64,000 bases of DNA, taken from NCBI GenBank assembly GCA_002500505.1, contig DLRM01000064.1, positions 725-64,724 on the forward strand, read 5' to 3'. Source of the DNA: Planctomycetes bacterium UBA7888 (GTDB lineage: Bacteria > Planctomycetota > UBA1135). Each line of letters opens with the position of its first letter. Position 1 is the stretch's first letter. Positions 38,713 through 48,812 of this stretch are shown piece after piece. The notes beneath the pieces were generated by a model that did no database searches, was not told the DNA's origin, and worked only from the letters and a program-made list of their open reading frames with translations. The position numbers and the translations under genes were made by a program.

Positions 38713-40024
38713 CGTCCATGGAGAACGCACCAAGGAATTCTTGGTTCGTCCCAAATTGGGCCAAGCGAGAAACCATCAATTCCATGGCTTCCAAAGGTCT
38801 CATTCGGGAAAGCACCCGGCGAAGGATGTCGACCTTGTGCTGAGTGGCTCGGGTCCGGAGCTTCTCCTCCTTCCGAGTGCCAGAACGGTCGACTGCAATT
38901 GCCGGGAAGATTCTTCGGTCGGCAAGGCGCCGGTCTAAAACAATCTCCATGTTGCCTGTCCCCTTGAACTCTTCGAAAATGATTTGGTCCATTTTGGAAC
39001 CCGTATCCACAAGAGTTGTCCCTACCATCGTTAAAGAACCAGCATTTTCTGTATTTCGGGCACATCCGAAAAAGTTCTTCGGTTTGGCCATGGCTCGAGA
39101 ATCCAAGCCCCCTGACATAGTTTTCCCTTTCCCACCCGTTTGGTGGTTATGGGCACGAGCTAATCGAGTGATGGAGTCTAAGAGAATCAATACATCCTTT
39201 CCGGACTCGACGAGTCGCTCTGCGCGAGCTTGCACCAACTCTGAAAGGCGAACATGATTCTTTGGTGTTTCGTCCATCGTGCTCACAAAGACCTCTCCAT
39301 TCTCAACTTCGCGCCGCCAATAAGTCGCCTCTTCGGGCCGCTCATCAATAAGCAAGACAATGAGATGCACATCTGGATAGTTCTCCTGCATCGCACGGGC
39401 AATCTGTTGCATGAGCATGGTCTTTCCGGAGCGGGGAGGCGCCACCAATAGGGCGCGCTGCCCACGACCAATGGGACAAAGGAGATCCAGGATCCTCATG
39501 GAAACCTGCCCATCTTGTTCACAACTACCGACTTCATATTGGTAGTCAGGGTCAATGACAGTAAGTTTCTTAAAGTCCCTGCGACGGCGGTGTTCCGACA
39601 TTTCCATGCCGTCCACCGATTCAACATAACGCATGGTTGGCGCCCCAGCGCCAGAAGCCTTGCCCACTAAGACCGACCCTGCCTTCAAATTAAACTTCCG
39701 TATGGAAGCCTGAGGAACAATAGGATCATCCTTCTGCGGCTCAAGGTTCTTGTCAAGTTGCCGAAGGTAGCCATTTCCACCTTTGCCCCCTTTCCCCTTC
39801 CAGCCAAGCTCCAGAATTCCTGAAACAACGCGCTCACGAGAATCTTGGGATGAATCTCTCTTCCCTGGGGACCTTCGTTTGGTAGTCAGCTTTGCTTCTG
39901 CGGAGGCTTCCTCACCCTCCAATGCCGCTGGAGGTGATGAGGAGCTCACAGGAGTCCTGCGGCGCCTTCGTCGGCGTCGGCTGGCAGCCGATGAGCCAGA
40001 TTTTGAACTATTTTTTTCTGTCAC
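38702..40024 (-). CDS. rho: Transcription termination factor Rho with Ser/Arg-rich N-terminal extension
   Basis: OB/CSD-like segment ILEL...GYLRQ...IRKFNLKAGSVL. RecA-type core with Walker A APPRSGKTMLMQ, LLIDERPEE, TLVDTGSKMD and EFKGTGNME. 440 aa. Confidence 0.92.
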   Translation of the reverse strand: MTEKNSSKSGSSAASRRRRRRRRTPVSSSSPPAALEGEEASAEAKLTTKRRSPGKRDSSQDSRERVVSGILELGWKGKGGKGGNGYLRQLDKNLEPQKDDPIVPQASIRKFNLKAGSVLVGKASGAGAPTMRYVESVDGMEMSEHRRRRDFKKLTVIDPDYQYEVGSCEQDGQVSMRILDLLCPIGRGQRALLVAPPRSGKTMLMQQIARAMQENYPDVHLIVLLIDERPEEATYWRREVENGEVFVSTMDETPKNHVRLSELVQARAERLVESGKDVLILLDSITRLARAHNHQTGGKGKTMSGGLDSRAMAKPKNFFGCARNTENAGSLTMVGTTLVDTGSKMDQIIFEEFKGTGNMEIVLDRRLADRRIFPAIAVDRSGTRKEEKLRTRATQHKVDILRRVLSRMRPLEAMELMVSRLAQFGTNQEFLGAFSMDDVE

Positions 40025-40142
40025 AATTGCCTCACAAGGGAGGTTCGTGGAGGATTCCTTCGCGTCCTCGATGAGAGGGCTGTCCGAAGGGTTTCTTCTC
40101 TAGGAACCGGGGCCGAAAAATGCCTCTACGGTAAGAGAAGAA

Positions 40143-40219
40143 TGGTCGTGGCGAGAGGATTCGAACCTCCGGCTTCTGCGTCTCGAACGTAGCACTCTAC
40201 CCGGCTGGGCCACGCCCCG
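40143..40219 (-). tRNA. tRNA, Pro-type scaffold but anticodon reads CGA (isotype uncertain; possible pseudogene)
   Basis: Hand-folded 77-nt cloverleaf: CGGGGCG TG GCCC AGCCGGGTA GAGT G CTACG TTCGAGA CGCAG AAGCC GGAGG TTCGAAT CCTCT CGCCACG A CCA. Features are C1:G72, A73, G37, a 5-nt variable loop and an encoded CCA. Three stem mismatches: G3.A70, C12.A23 and A29.C41. Confidence 0.75.
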
Positions 40220-40242
40220 GATTACAGGGCATTGTCTGGGCG

Positions 40243-41961
40243 CTAACGAGACGAGTCAAGTATAGCATGCGACCATCTCCCACGCAGGGAGAGGATTACA
40301 CCAGCTCCAATTCCCATCAATAACAGGGTAAGCCCCAAAAGAAGCCACTCTCCCTGCCGGATAAAGTCGCGAGTCTTCAATCCCAGAGCAATCATCGTGT
40401 TAACGAGCATGTAAACCGCAGGAAGAGTCAGGGGCCAATGAAGCCTGCCCCTCTGGCGGAGATACACAGCACCCGTCAGGAGAGCCAGGCCAGCCATTAG
40501 TTGATTCGTGCCCCCAAATAGAGTCCAAAGAGCCAGCCCCGCGGGTTTTCCATCAATCTCATAAAAAGCGAAGAAGAGAATCGAAGCACAGGCTAAGGCG
40601 GTGGCCAAAAACCGATTCGCCAAAAAACGCAACCTTCCATAGGATTGGGAAATCTCCTCAATATTGAAGCGGAGAAGTCGAGTTGCGGAGTCGAGCGTGG
40701 TCAGCGCAAAGGAGACAACCACCATGGCGACGAGAGTAACTGCCAAATCGGGATGAATCCCAAGCTCAGCAATAAAACTCGCAGCCCCGCGAATAAAAAT
40801 TCCAAGCTTTGCTCCCAAGGATTGGACCGCCCCCCAGTTGACATAAGCCTGGGCCCAAGCTTCTTTGCCCCCAAGGGTGGTTGTACATGCAAGCACAGCA
40901 ATCAGCCCCAGCAAAGATTCCGCAATCATCCCGCCATAACCAATGGGCCGCGCATGCGTTTCGCAATCAAGCTGGCGCGCGGTCGTACCAGATGAGACGA
41001 GCGAATGGAATCCGCTCGCCGCTCCGCAGGCAATCGTAATAAAAACAAATGGGAAAATAGGAGGAGCTCCTGTCGGGTTTGGATTCACAGCGGGGGCATC
41101 GAAAACTGGCCCTTGCAAAAAGAAGCCAATGTACATCAAGATTAATCCCATCACTAAGAGGAGGGAGTTCAGGAAATCACGCGCTTGTAAGAGAAGCCAA
41201 ACCGGCAAAACAGATGCAGCGTATGCATAGACCATCAAAATCCAAATCCAAACCTTAAAGCTCGGCCAACCATCTCGAGAAACCCCAATCGTGGGGTTTG
41301 CATAACCCAATCCAATCAATCCGAGCAATCCAAGAAAGCCAATAAGAGTGACGGGCGCAAGAGGTTTCTTGCGGACATAAAGCAACCATCCCGCAAGCAA
41401 GGCAATCAACATGAGCCCTGCCGATGGCATCACCACTTCAGGAAAGGAAGTCACGCTTGAGGATAAATGGTCTGGCTGAAAATCATCTCCCCAGGAGAAG
41501 AGAGTGGCGATTACAAAAACAAAGACTCCCATCGCAAGAGAAACACCAAAGAAAATCAAAGCTAGAAATAAAGCCTTTGCCCGGGGCCCTAGAAGATCAC
41601 CACAAACAGAACCAATCGTTTTTCCTTGGTGCCGTACCGAAAGCACAAGCGCGGAAAAATCGTGGACACATCCAATCAAAATGGCACCAAAAACCACCCA
41701 ACAAAGGGCGGGCAACCAACCCCAAAATACGGCCACAGCGGGGCCCAACATGGGAGCCAAGCCTGCAATGCTGGCGTAGTGGTGACCAAATAAAACGGGA
41801 GCCCGCGTTGGCACAAAGTCCACGCCGTCTTCTAAGACATGGGCAGGTGTTTGAGCGGAGGCGTCTAACTGAAATATGCGCTTTGAGAGCCAGCCACTAT
41901 AAAAACGATAGCCCAACCCATAGGCGAGCAATCCAAAAGCAGCAGCATATCCGGCGTGCAA
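40243..41961 (-). CDS. cstA: Carbon starvation protein A (peptide/pyruvate transporter family)
   Basis: 572 aa polytopic membrane protein. N-terminal [17 protein letters not shown] matches the CstA signature region. Confidence 0.88.
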   Translation of the reverse strand: MHAGYAAAFGLLAYGLGYRFYSGWLSKRIFQLDASAQTPAHVLEDGVDFVPTRAPVLFGHHYASIAGLAPMLGPAVAVFWGWLPALCWVVFGAILIGCVHDFSALVLSVRHQGKTIGSVCGDLLGPRAKALFLALIFFGVSLAMGVFVFVIATLFSWGDDFQPDHLSSSVTSFPEVVMPSAGLMLIALLAGWLLYVRKKPLAPVTLIGFLGLLGLIGLGYANPTIGVSRDGWPSFKVWIWILMVYAYAASVLPVWLLLQARDFLNSLLLVMGLILMYIGFFLQGPVFDAPAVNPNPTGAPPIFPFVFITIACGAASGFHSLVSSGTTARQLDCETHARPIGYGGMIAESLLGLIAVLACTTTLGGKEAWAQAYVNWGAVQSLGAKLGIFIRGAASFIAELGIHPDLAVTLVAMVVVSFALTTLDSATRLLRFNIEEISQSYGRLRFLANRFLATALACASILFFAFYEIDGKPAGLALWTLFGGTNQLMAGLALLTGAVYLRQRGRLHWPLTLPAVYMLVNTMIALGLKTRDFIRQGEWLLLGLTLLLMGIGAGVILSLRGRWSHAILDSSR

Positions 41962-41967
41962 AAGGCC

Positions 41968-43269
41968 CTACCAGGGTTTATTGCTACCCCAGGTGCTCTT
42001 CTTTTTAGATTTCTTTTCCGGGATGAGGAGCGGCTGGTCCAAGATAGGAGGAAGAACGCGAAGGTTCTCAATCTCCAAGACTCGATGCCCCTTCAGAGAA
42101 GACTTGCGCCAAATCCCCCGAACAGCAACTTCACGCCCTACATAATCGCGTAGATTAAAGCGGCCATCGCGAGACAAAACGGAATCCTTAGTATCACCCG
42201 TTGCAATCGTAAAAGGAACTGCGGAGTAAAGCTCTGGCAAGAACTCCATTTTGCCCACTAAAGAGTAGCTCGAGGCCAATCCATCAATTCCACGTGTCGC
42301 AGAGGCTTCAAGAGCGTGGAATTGGGATACGCTCGACGCATCTCCAGTAGACAACATGCGGAGGCGTTCCAGACGGTCTAGCCCGGCCTGCGCGCGCTCC
42401 AGGGTGGCGGACTCGTCGCTTGTCCACAAAACGGCCCCCAAAATGGATTCAATCTTTCCAGCAAGATTAGAATTCCACCCCATGGCAGAGAGTTCGGTCA
42501 AACCAGCCTCAGCCTCGTCCAATTGGTCCAAGCTTTTGGGCTCTTTGGGCTCTTCGATTGTCTCATCCATCTCGGCGGAAACCACTTCAGTCGCAGTAGC
42601 TTCCGGCGACGTTTCGGCGATATCGACTTTCACCAAACCGATGTCTTCAGTTGGCGTTTTTTCAACCACTTCCGTGGGCACATCTTCCACCAAAATTTCT
42701 TCGGGAATCTCTTTAACAAGCTCCATACCCGAAACGGCATCTTCGGGCATGGCCTCTAGCCAGAGTGCATCCCAATTAGCTGGAGCTTTATCCAAAAGAA
42801 CAATGGACTCAGACAAGACCCAAGCGCCCAAATTTTCGGGCGCACGAACGCGTAACCATTTTTCCTTTTCTTCCAAAATGTACACGCGGTCGCCTTTCAG
42901 AAACTGGCCGACGGGATAAGACTTTGCAGAAGTGGCCGGTAAAGGGCGAGCACGGACATGGGTAGCATTCAAGGTCCCAACATCGCCCTCACGATCCACG
43001 AACTCTCCATAGACCCAGACCTCAAATCCACCCGGAACTTGAATCCGAGACCAAGGCTGTCGCTGGGCAACCACCCGGATAGGCGTATCCGGAAGCAGGT
43101 CCGTTAAGACCGGTGTTTCCGAGTGGCAAAAAGAGCGAACCGTAGCGGCATGCTCCCCCACTTGGGCGTACAGAAAAGAAGGTGCCTCTTCTTGTGGAAG
43201 GGCCGGAAAGATGAGAGTGAATGCGGCGAAGGACAGCATGAGAGTCTTGTACGGTGGCCGGGTGACCAC
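41968..43269 (-). CDS. Secreted SH3b-domain protein with acidic central region
   Basis: Signal-like N-terminus. Two SH3_3-like segments (e.g. VRARPLPATSAKSYPVGQFLKGDRVYILEEKEKWLRVRAP) and an E/T/V-rich low-complexity middle. No family recognised for the C-terminal domain. Confidence 0.45.
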   Translation of the reverse strand: MVTRPPYKTLMLSFAAFTLIFPALPQEEAPSFLYAQVGEHAATVRSFCHSETPVLTDLLPDTPIRVVAQRQPWSRIQVPGGFEVWVYGEFVDREGDVGTLNATHVRARPLPATSAKSYPVGQFLKGDRVYILEEKEKWLRVRAPENLGAWVLSESIVLLDKAPANWDALWLEAMPEDAVSGMELVKEIPEEILVEDVPTEVVEKTPTEDIGLVKVDIAETSPEATATEVVSAEMDETIEEPKEPKSLDQLDEAEAGLTELSAMGWNSNLAGKIESILGAVLWTSDESATLERAQAGLDRLERLRMLSTGDASSVSQFHALEASATRGIDGLASSYSLVGKMEFLPELYSAVPFTIATGDTKDSVLSRDGRFNLRDYVGREVAVRGIWRKSSLKGHRVLEIENLRVLPPILDQPLLIPEKKSKKKSTWGSNKPW

Positions 43270-43346
43270 TCCTGCGCAGTTTGACGAATGAAGTTCACCG
43301 ATTCAAGCCTCTAGCCCTATAAAAGCTCCTCCCGGAAAAAGTTTGG

Positions 43347-44570
43347 TCACTTATTGAGAAAGATGCCGTGGCGGGCGAAGACGGCATCCCTGTAGTCCAA
43401 TATTTTGCGCACGTAGCCCCGTTTCTCCCGATAGGTCCCTGGAAAGAAGCTCCGCTTGAATCCATAAACCAACAAATCGGACACCTGTTTGGGGCGGAGA
43501 TGGAAGGCTTCGACGGCTTTCTCCCACTCCTTTGTGACCGTCGTTCGTGAGACGAGGCGGTTATCAGTGCAAATGGTCGTGGACAACCTTTCCCGCAGCA
43601 TTTTCTTCATGGGGTGGGCTTCAAGAGAACGTAGGCCGGGAATCGTTTGCAGGTTCGAAGTCAAACAAACTTCCAAGGTGATTCGACGATCAGCAATATA
43701 TTCGGTAAGTCGCTTGATGTACTGCCGCTTTTGGATGATGGCTGGGTCAGTAACATAGTCCGTGGAAAAAAGCCAAGTGCCATGACCAATGCGGTCTGCG
43801 TGACACTCTGTAATCGCTTGGAAGATGGATTCGGGTCCGTAATCTTCACCTGCATGAACGGTTTTCCCAAGAAATGCTTGATGGGCTAAGGCATAAGCTC
43901 GCTGATGATCTGCGGCGGGATACCCCCCCTCTTTCCCAGCGAGGTCCACGCCACAAACTGGGACCCCATGTTCGTCGCGAGCACGGAGAGAGGCGCGCAC
44001 TAAAGATTCCGATGCCAAGCCAAACATTTGTTCTTCCGGCATTTCCGGAAAAGCTTCGAACATGGCCTCGTAGTTCCGAGAGAACCCAGACATAAAAAAA
44101 CGCATCGCACAAACCACAATTCCCGCATGGAAAGGCGGTTCAGTTCCATCCCGGACTTCAGGTCGTGCGTTAAATCCTTTCGCAGCGCGCTCAATTCCAT
44201 CGGAAACTGCACACAAGACTTCGACAACGCCAAAACCTGGACGGGCATGCAACTGCGGGGCAAATCGAATTTCGATGTAGCGAACCCCTTCTTCCTGGTT
44301 ATCCACGCAAAGTTCAAATGTTGCCCGCTCAAGAGCTTCGTAATCCTGAAGGACAGAGCAGGTTAATCCAAAACCCTGTAAGTACTCACTCAAATTGCGG
44401 TATCGGTCCTTAAAGACTTTGGCGTACAGCCCCTTTTCGGAGTAGGCGGGCAATTTCACGCGCCGCTCCCGCGCCATTTCAATAAGCGTGCGCGAGCGCA
44501 AAGACCCATCTAGGTGAAGATGAAGGTCGCTCTTGGGGAGTTCCAGCAGAAGTTCGCGGCTAAGTTTCAT
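43347..44570 (-). CDS. add: Adenosine deaminase family protein
   Basis: LPKSDLHLHLDGSLR, VHAGEDYG, RIGHG and CTDNRL metal/catalytic motifs. ATG 44570 (MKLSRELL) is preferred over the ORF-track start. Confidence 0.8.
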   Translation of the reverse strand: MKLSRELLLELPKSDLHLHLDGSLRSRTLIEMARERRVKLPAYSEKGLYAKVFKDRYRNLSEYLQGFGLTCSVLQDYEALERATFELCVDNQEEGVRYIEIRFAPQLHARPGFGVVEVLCAVSDGIERAAKGFNARPEVRDGTEPPFHAGIVVCAMRFFMSGFSRNYEAMFEAFPEMPEEQMFGLASESLVRASLRARDEHGVPVCGVDLAGKEGGYPAADHQRAYALAHQAFLGKTVHAGEDYGPESIFQAITECHADRIGHGTWLFSTDYVTDPAIIQKRQYIKRLTEYIADRRITLEVCLTSNLQTIPGLRSLEAHPMKKMLRERLSTTICTDNRLVSRTTVTKEWEKAVEAFHLRPKQVSDLLVYGFKRSFFPGTYREKRGYVRKILDYRDAVFARHGIFLNK

Positions 44571-44646
44571 GCCGCGCCAGCTTACTCCCTCGCATCCACC
44601 TTCCGCCATCTCTTGATGAGGCAAAAAGTTGCACAACTAGGCTTCC

Positions 44647-47187
44647 TTACTGCTGAGTCTCAGCAATCATCTTAGTTAGACGATGTAAGTAGCCCCGAAA
44701 AACAGCTTTCCTGTCCTGAGGAGCAAGCTCAATCGAACGCTTGGATGCTATCAGGGCTTCTTCGTGATTCCCATTAGCAAAATGAGCCCAAGCGAGAGTG
44801 TCGACTGGACAATCCCCCCCATGTTCACAGAGATATTCAAGAGGGTAATCCTTAAGTGCCGACTCAATAATTGCGAGCCCTTCAACAAAATCGGTGTCCA
44901 GATCTGGGCGATCCGGATCCACGAGTCGCCACGCTTCGATGATGCTGTTTTTAACCTCGAGAAACTTTACGTCATTTGAAAGCTCAACTACATATGGGTG
45001 ATCCTCCCCATATTGTGACAGATGTCCAGCCTTTGCAAGTTTCGCAATTGAAAGCGCATCGGAATATTTCTTGCGAATTGAAAGGTGCTGTAGATGTCGG
45101 TACACAATGTCATTCGTGGAAGGATTCACATCCCCCAAAAGGTTGCGTATCCCCCTGGCAGCCTTTTCATGTAAAAGCTCCGGCTCGCGCCATAGACCTT
45201 CGGGATAGTCTTCCGCACTACCCTCCAAGGATGCAATTATAATTTGATCTAAAATGCCAGCCAATAAGCTCATCGTTTTCAAAGTGAGAGGATGTCCTTC
45301 TCCAAGCGAGTCAAGCAGTTTCCCCAGCCCATCCCTAGCCTCTGCTTCCGCCTCCTCTAAGCGGTCAAGATCCTGGTAGAGCGTGATGAGATTGTGCCGT
45401 GTCAGCAAGGTAGATGGGTGGTCAACCCCAAGCGATGCCTCCTGAAGGTGCAGAACTTTTTTGAAAATGCTCGCAGCGCGGACGAAATTTCCTGTTGTCG
45501 CAAAATGTGCTCCAAGGTTCCCCAAAGCTGAAAGTGTCTGCGGATGCTGCTCCCCTAAAAGTCGTTTCCGTTCAACCAAAACAAGCTCAAAAGCATCCGC
45601 TGCTTCATTAATTTTCCCAAGGCGCTGATGCACACCTGCCAAATTGTTCAGGGTCTTCAGTGTTGACAAATTGTCCAAACCCAAGGTGACCTTCAGGCCT
45701 TCGAACGAATTCTGCAATAATTCCTCAGCTTTCTCATAATTACCAAGTTTTATTTCAACAACTCCAAGACTGTCTTGAGCCATTAGGGCTTCGACCGAAT
45801 TCTTTCCATTAAGATTCTCTCTTAAACGTAGTAACTCGCGAAAGGATGCCTTCGCCTCATCATATCGGCCTAATTCCCTCAAAGCATGGGCTCGAGAATT
45901 CGTTGCTTCAAGATAGATTTCTTGCCCTTCGGTTAGACCAGATTCAAAAAGTACAAAAACTTCATCGAGTAACGTAATTGCACGCTTGAAATCGCCCGTC
46001 TCACGTAACACTTTCGCTAAGGTCATCAATACGTTTGCCCGCATGCTTGGCCCCGTAACCTCAGAACGAACCAAGGTTTCTGCCGTGGCAAGGATTTCTT
46101 GAATTCTCTCCGGACTATTTGTGGTTCCAGTAGGCTCAAGAGCCGCAATCATTCCCTGTAGAGCATCCGCCGCCGCTACTGCAGTCTTTTGGCTTTGAAG
46201 TGATTGCCTCCAAAAGAAAAGACTGACTAGTAGCCCACATATAAGGGCACTCAAGGCTAAAGAAGCCACAGAGTGGCGACAGGTCCACTTCCACCCCCGG
46301 TAAAGGAGGCTTGGCGGTTTGGCTAGAATCGGTTCATTGGCCAAAAATCGCCGTAAGTCCGCAGCAAAATCCTTCATGGACTGAAAACGTCGACTACTTT
46401 CCTTTTCCATTGCCTTCAAACAAATAACCGCCAAGGAATGCGGACAACGCGAGCGAATCTTTCGGGGATCCGGCGGATCCTCCATAATAATTTTTTCTAG
46501 AACCTGCTGACTTGTATCGCCCTCAAAGGGGCGCTGAAGAGCTAAAGCTTCCCATAGTGAGACGCCCAGACTAAAAACATCTGTTCGGTGGTCGATACCA
46601 ATACGCTTCGACATCGCTTGCTCAGGTGACATATAAAACGGTGTGCCAGAAAATTCTCCCGTGCGACTGAGCTCTAGTGCGTCTTCCACTTGTGCCAACC
46701 CAAAGTCAGCAATCTTCGGGTCGCCCTCTTTAGTCAAAAGAATATTAGCCGGTTTGACATCCCGATGGATGATGCCGCCATCGTGGGCTTGTTGAAGGGC
46801 ATCAGCGACTTGGGCAAAAAGTTTGGCAACCTTCTCGTAATAGTCTGCGGGTAACTCAGAAAGATTTCTATCTGCTTTGATGCGGCCGGAGAGGGAGGAG
46901 CCTCCTTCCACCAACTCTTGAGCTATAAAATGAACGCCTTCAGCTTCACCAACCTGGTGTACAGCCACAATGTGGGAATGGGAAAGTCGAGCACCAGCCA
47001 TAGCCTCACGCTGGAAGCGTTGGAGCGATGTCGGCGACATCGCAATATGCGGAGCAAGAATTTTGAGAGCCACCCGACGCCCCAAAGAGGTCTGCACAGC
47101 TTCCCAAACCGTCCCCATACCCCCACTCCCCAACTCACGAATGAGCTCAAAATCGCCGAGGCGACGACCCGGGGTGGTGGTGGTCAT
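44647..47187 (-). CDS. Ser/Thr protein kinase with TM segment and C-terminal TPR repeats
   Basis: GSGGMGTVW...VALK, HRDVKPANILL, DFGLA and GTPFYMSPEQ. One TM helix near aa 300-320, then about 10 TPR-like repeats (NLAGVHQRLGKINEA and similar). Confidence 0.88.
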   Translation of the reverse strand: MTTTTPGRRLGDFELIRELGSGGMGTVWEAVQTSLGRRVALKILAPHIAMSPTSLQRFQREAMAGARLSHSHIVAVHQVGEAEGVHFIAQELVEGGSSLSGRIKADRNLSELPADYYEKVAKLFAQVADALQQAHDGGIIHRDVKPANILLTKEGDPKIADFGLAQVEDALELSRTGEFSGTPFYMSPEQAMSKRIGIDHRTDVFSLGVSLWEALALQRPFEGDTSQQVLEKIIMEDPPDPRKIRSRCPHSLAVICLKAMEKESSRRFQSMKDFAADLRRFLANEPILAKPPSLLYRGWKWTCRHSVASLALSALICGLLVSLFFWRQSLQSQKTAVAAADALQGMIAALEPTGTTNSPERIQEILATAETLVRSEVTGPSMRANVLMTLAKVLRETGDFKRAITLLDEVFVLFESGLTEGQEIYLEATNSRAHALRELGRYDEAKASFRELLRLRENLNGKNSVEALMAQDSLGVVEIKLGNYEKAEELLQNSFEGLKVTLGLDNLSTLKTLNNLAGVHQRLGKINEAADAFELVLVERKRLLGEQHPQTLSALGNLGAHFATTGNFVRAASIFKKVLHLQEASLGVDHPSTLLTRHNLITLYQDLDRLEEAEAEARDGLGKLLDSLGEGHPLTLKTMSLLAGILDQIIIASLEGSAEDYPEGLWREPELLHEKAARGIRNLLGDVNPSTNDIVYRHLQHLSIRKKYSDALSIAKLAKAGHLSQYGEDHPYVVELSNDVKFLEVKNSIIEAWRLVDPDRPDLDTDFVEGLAIIESALKDYPLEYLCEHGGDCPVDTLAWAHFANGNHEEALIASKRSIELAPQDRKAVFRGYLHRLTKMIAETQQ

Positions 47188-47259
47188 GCGTTTTCAGTGT
47201 AATGAAACTTTCTTTCAATTCTTGGTCTTTTAAGCAGTTCGGCCTAGGATGCGGCTTCA

Positions 47260-47895
47260 ATGAGAATCGAAAGATGTGTTGAGAACTTGGAGCAGGCAAT
47301 TCTAGTCGAGCATGAGGATGCAGATCGCTTGGAATTATGCTCCCGCCTGGACCTAGACGGGTTAACACCTGGCCAAAAGACCTTTTTGTCTATCAGGGAA
47401 AAAGTTCCGCTCCCCATCCGAGCAATGATTCGAATTCATCCTGGCCCCTTTGTGGCAGACTCTCAAACTCTGGAGGAGATGATTCAGCAAATTTCCTGGT
47501 TCAAAGAGAACAAAGTAGATGGCTTTGTATTAGGTTTGCTGAAAGATGGAAACATCGACGTTGAAGGGTGCCAATCTCTTTTAGAGGAATGCCACCCTCT
47601 TCCAGTCACATTCCATAAGGCTTTTGATGCATGCGAAAATCTCGAGGAAAACTTATCCACTCTTATCAAAATGGGTTTCGAGAGCGTCCTTACTTCTGGT
47701 GGTTGTCCTACCGCTAAAGAGGGCGCCCCGATGCTTCAAAAACTCGTTTCTCTTGCAGGGAATCACATCCATGTGATTGTTGCCGGAAAAGTCCGGCCAT
47801 ATAACTTGTCTGAAATCGAAAGAGAAACCAAAGCCAGCTATTTCCACTATCGAGTGGATGAAAAAACTATACCGAAACAGCGAAATAGGACGTGA
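47260..47895 (+). CDS. cutC: Copper homeostasis protein CutC family
   Basis: 211 aa. N-terminal ERCVENLEQAILVEHEDADRLELCSRLDLDGLTP and VTFHKAFD / SGG motifs typical of CutC. Confidence 0.78.
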   Translation: MRIERCVENLEQAILVEHEDADRLELCSRLDLDGLTPGQKTFLSIREKVPLPIRAMIRIHPGPFVADSQTLEEMIQQISWFKENKVDGFVLGLLKDGNIDVEGCQSLLEECHPLPVTFHKAFDACENLEENLSTLIKMGFESVLTSGGCPTAKEGAPMLQKLVSLAGNHIHVIVAGKVRPYNLSEIERETKASYFHYRVDEKTIPKQRNRT

Positions 47896-48599
47896 TTCCC
47901 CCAAAGCCTCGACCCGCAAAGCTCGAATCTGAAATGCTGCCTGAATCTCAATGGGGTTCCACTCTCACTCCTGGCTCTACGGCTATTCTTTGCGATTTAG
48001 GGATGGTCATGGTTGATTTTAATCGAGAGCGTTTCCCTAATCGCTTTGAAGAAGTCCTCGAGCGACCCTTCCCCAAGAAATGTGTTGCGGACTTAGATGA
48101 TGTGCGAAAAGGATTTGAAAGCGGCGCACTGAGCGAAGAGGAATTTTCAAGCGAACTGCTCCGCTTGCTTCAGCTGAGCCCAAAACACCTTCCCACCCTC
48201 CGAGAACTCTGGCCTTGCATCTTCACTCCCGTCCCTGAAACCATTGCTCTTCTCCGTGGTGCTCTCGCCCAACCAAATACGACCTTGGTGGTGGTGAGCG
48301 ATACGGACCCCTGGCGAGAAAGGGCCTGCGCTGTGGATTTTGGCTTGGAAGACCTTATGGCTGAGGCCGTCTGCTCCCATCAGCAGGATGTCCGGCCGAA
48401 ATGGGAAGACGCTTCTATGTGGCTAAAGGCACGGAAAATCGCTGAAGCGCACTTGGACAATGCTGTGGAAATCGTGATTGCTATTGACGACCAGAAGCTG
48501 CATTGCGAGCGCGCTCTTCAATGCGGAGCCGCCACGCATGCTCATCTGCATACCACCCCGGAAAGCCTTCGAGACTTCTTTCTCCAATTGAATCGTTAG
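47892..48599 (+). CDS. HAD-superfamily hydrolase (subfamily IA, YihX-like)
   Basis: Motif I variant [12 protein letters not shown], motif II VVSDTD, and C-terminal AIDD. ATGA-type overlap with cutC. Confidence 0.6.
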   Translation: MIPPKPRPAKLESEMLPESQWGSTLTPGSTAILCDLGMVMVDFNRERFPNRFEEVLERPFPKKCVADLDDVRKGFESGALSEEEFSSELLRLLQLSPKHLPTLRELWPCIFTPVPETIALLRGALAQPNTTLVVVSDTDPWRERACAVDFGLEDLMAEAVCSHQQDVRPKWEDASMWLKARKIAEAHLDNAVEIVIAIDDQKLHCERALQCGAATHAHLHTTPESLRDFFLQLNR

Positions 48600-48642
48600 C
48601 GTATGCCGTGCCGCGTCGCTATCCTGTGCGGCCCTTTTGGTT

Positions 48643-48719
48643 CGGGGAGTGGCGCAGCCTGGTAGCGCACCTGCTTTGGGAGCAGGGGGTCGCAGGTTCA
48701 AATCCTGTCTCCCCGACCA
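48643..48719 (+). tRNA. tRNA-Pro (anticodon TGG)
   Basis: Clean cloverleaf: CGGGGAG TG GCGC AGCCTGGTA GCGC A CCTGC TTTGGGA GCAGG GGGTC GCAGG TTCAAAT CCTGT CTCCCCG A CCA. Features are C1:G72, A73 and an encoded CCA. Confidence 0.93.
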
Positions 48720-48812
48720 TTTCAAACATCTACCCAATCTATGGGAAGATTTTTCCGCATTTATCGGCAAGAAATCCCAGCAGAGCGGATTACAACGATT
48801 GTGTTACGGGCA

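Noticed and set aside
40025-40142. 118-nt rho leader, and the 108-nt thrS upstream region at 54832-54939, as riboswitch, attenuator or sRNA
   Set aside because: I could not identify conserved riboswitch cores, T-box specifier or antiterminator elements, or a convincing hairpin plus U-tract by eye. A covariance-model scan would be needed.
40143-40219. Calling this gene tRNA-Ser(CGA) from the anticodon alone
   Set aside because: It has a 5-nt variable loop rather than the class II long arm required of bacterial tRNA-Ser. Its acceptor, discriminator and T-arm features are Pro-type. I therefore left the isotype open and reported it as a finding.
48423-48770. 115-aa minus-strand ORF and 128-aa plus-strand ORF covering the tRNA-Pro(TGG) locus
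   Set aside because: They overlap a perfect tRNA cloverleaf, and their translations have no protein-like features.
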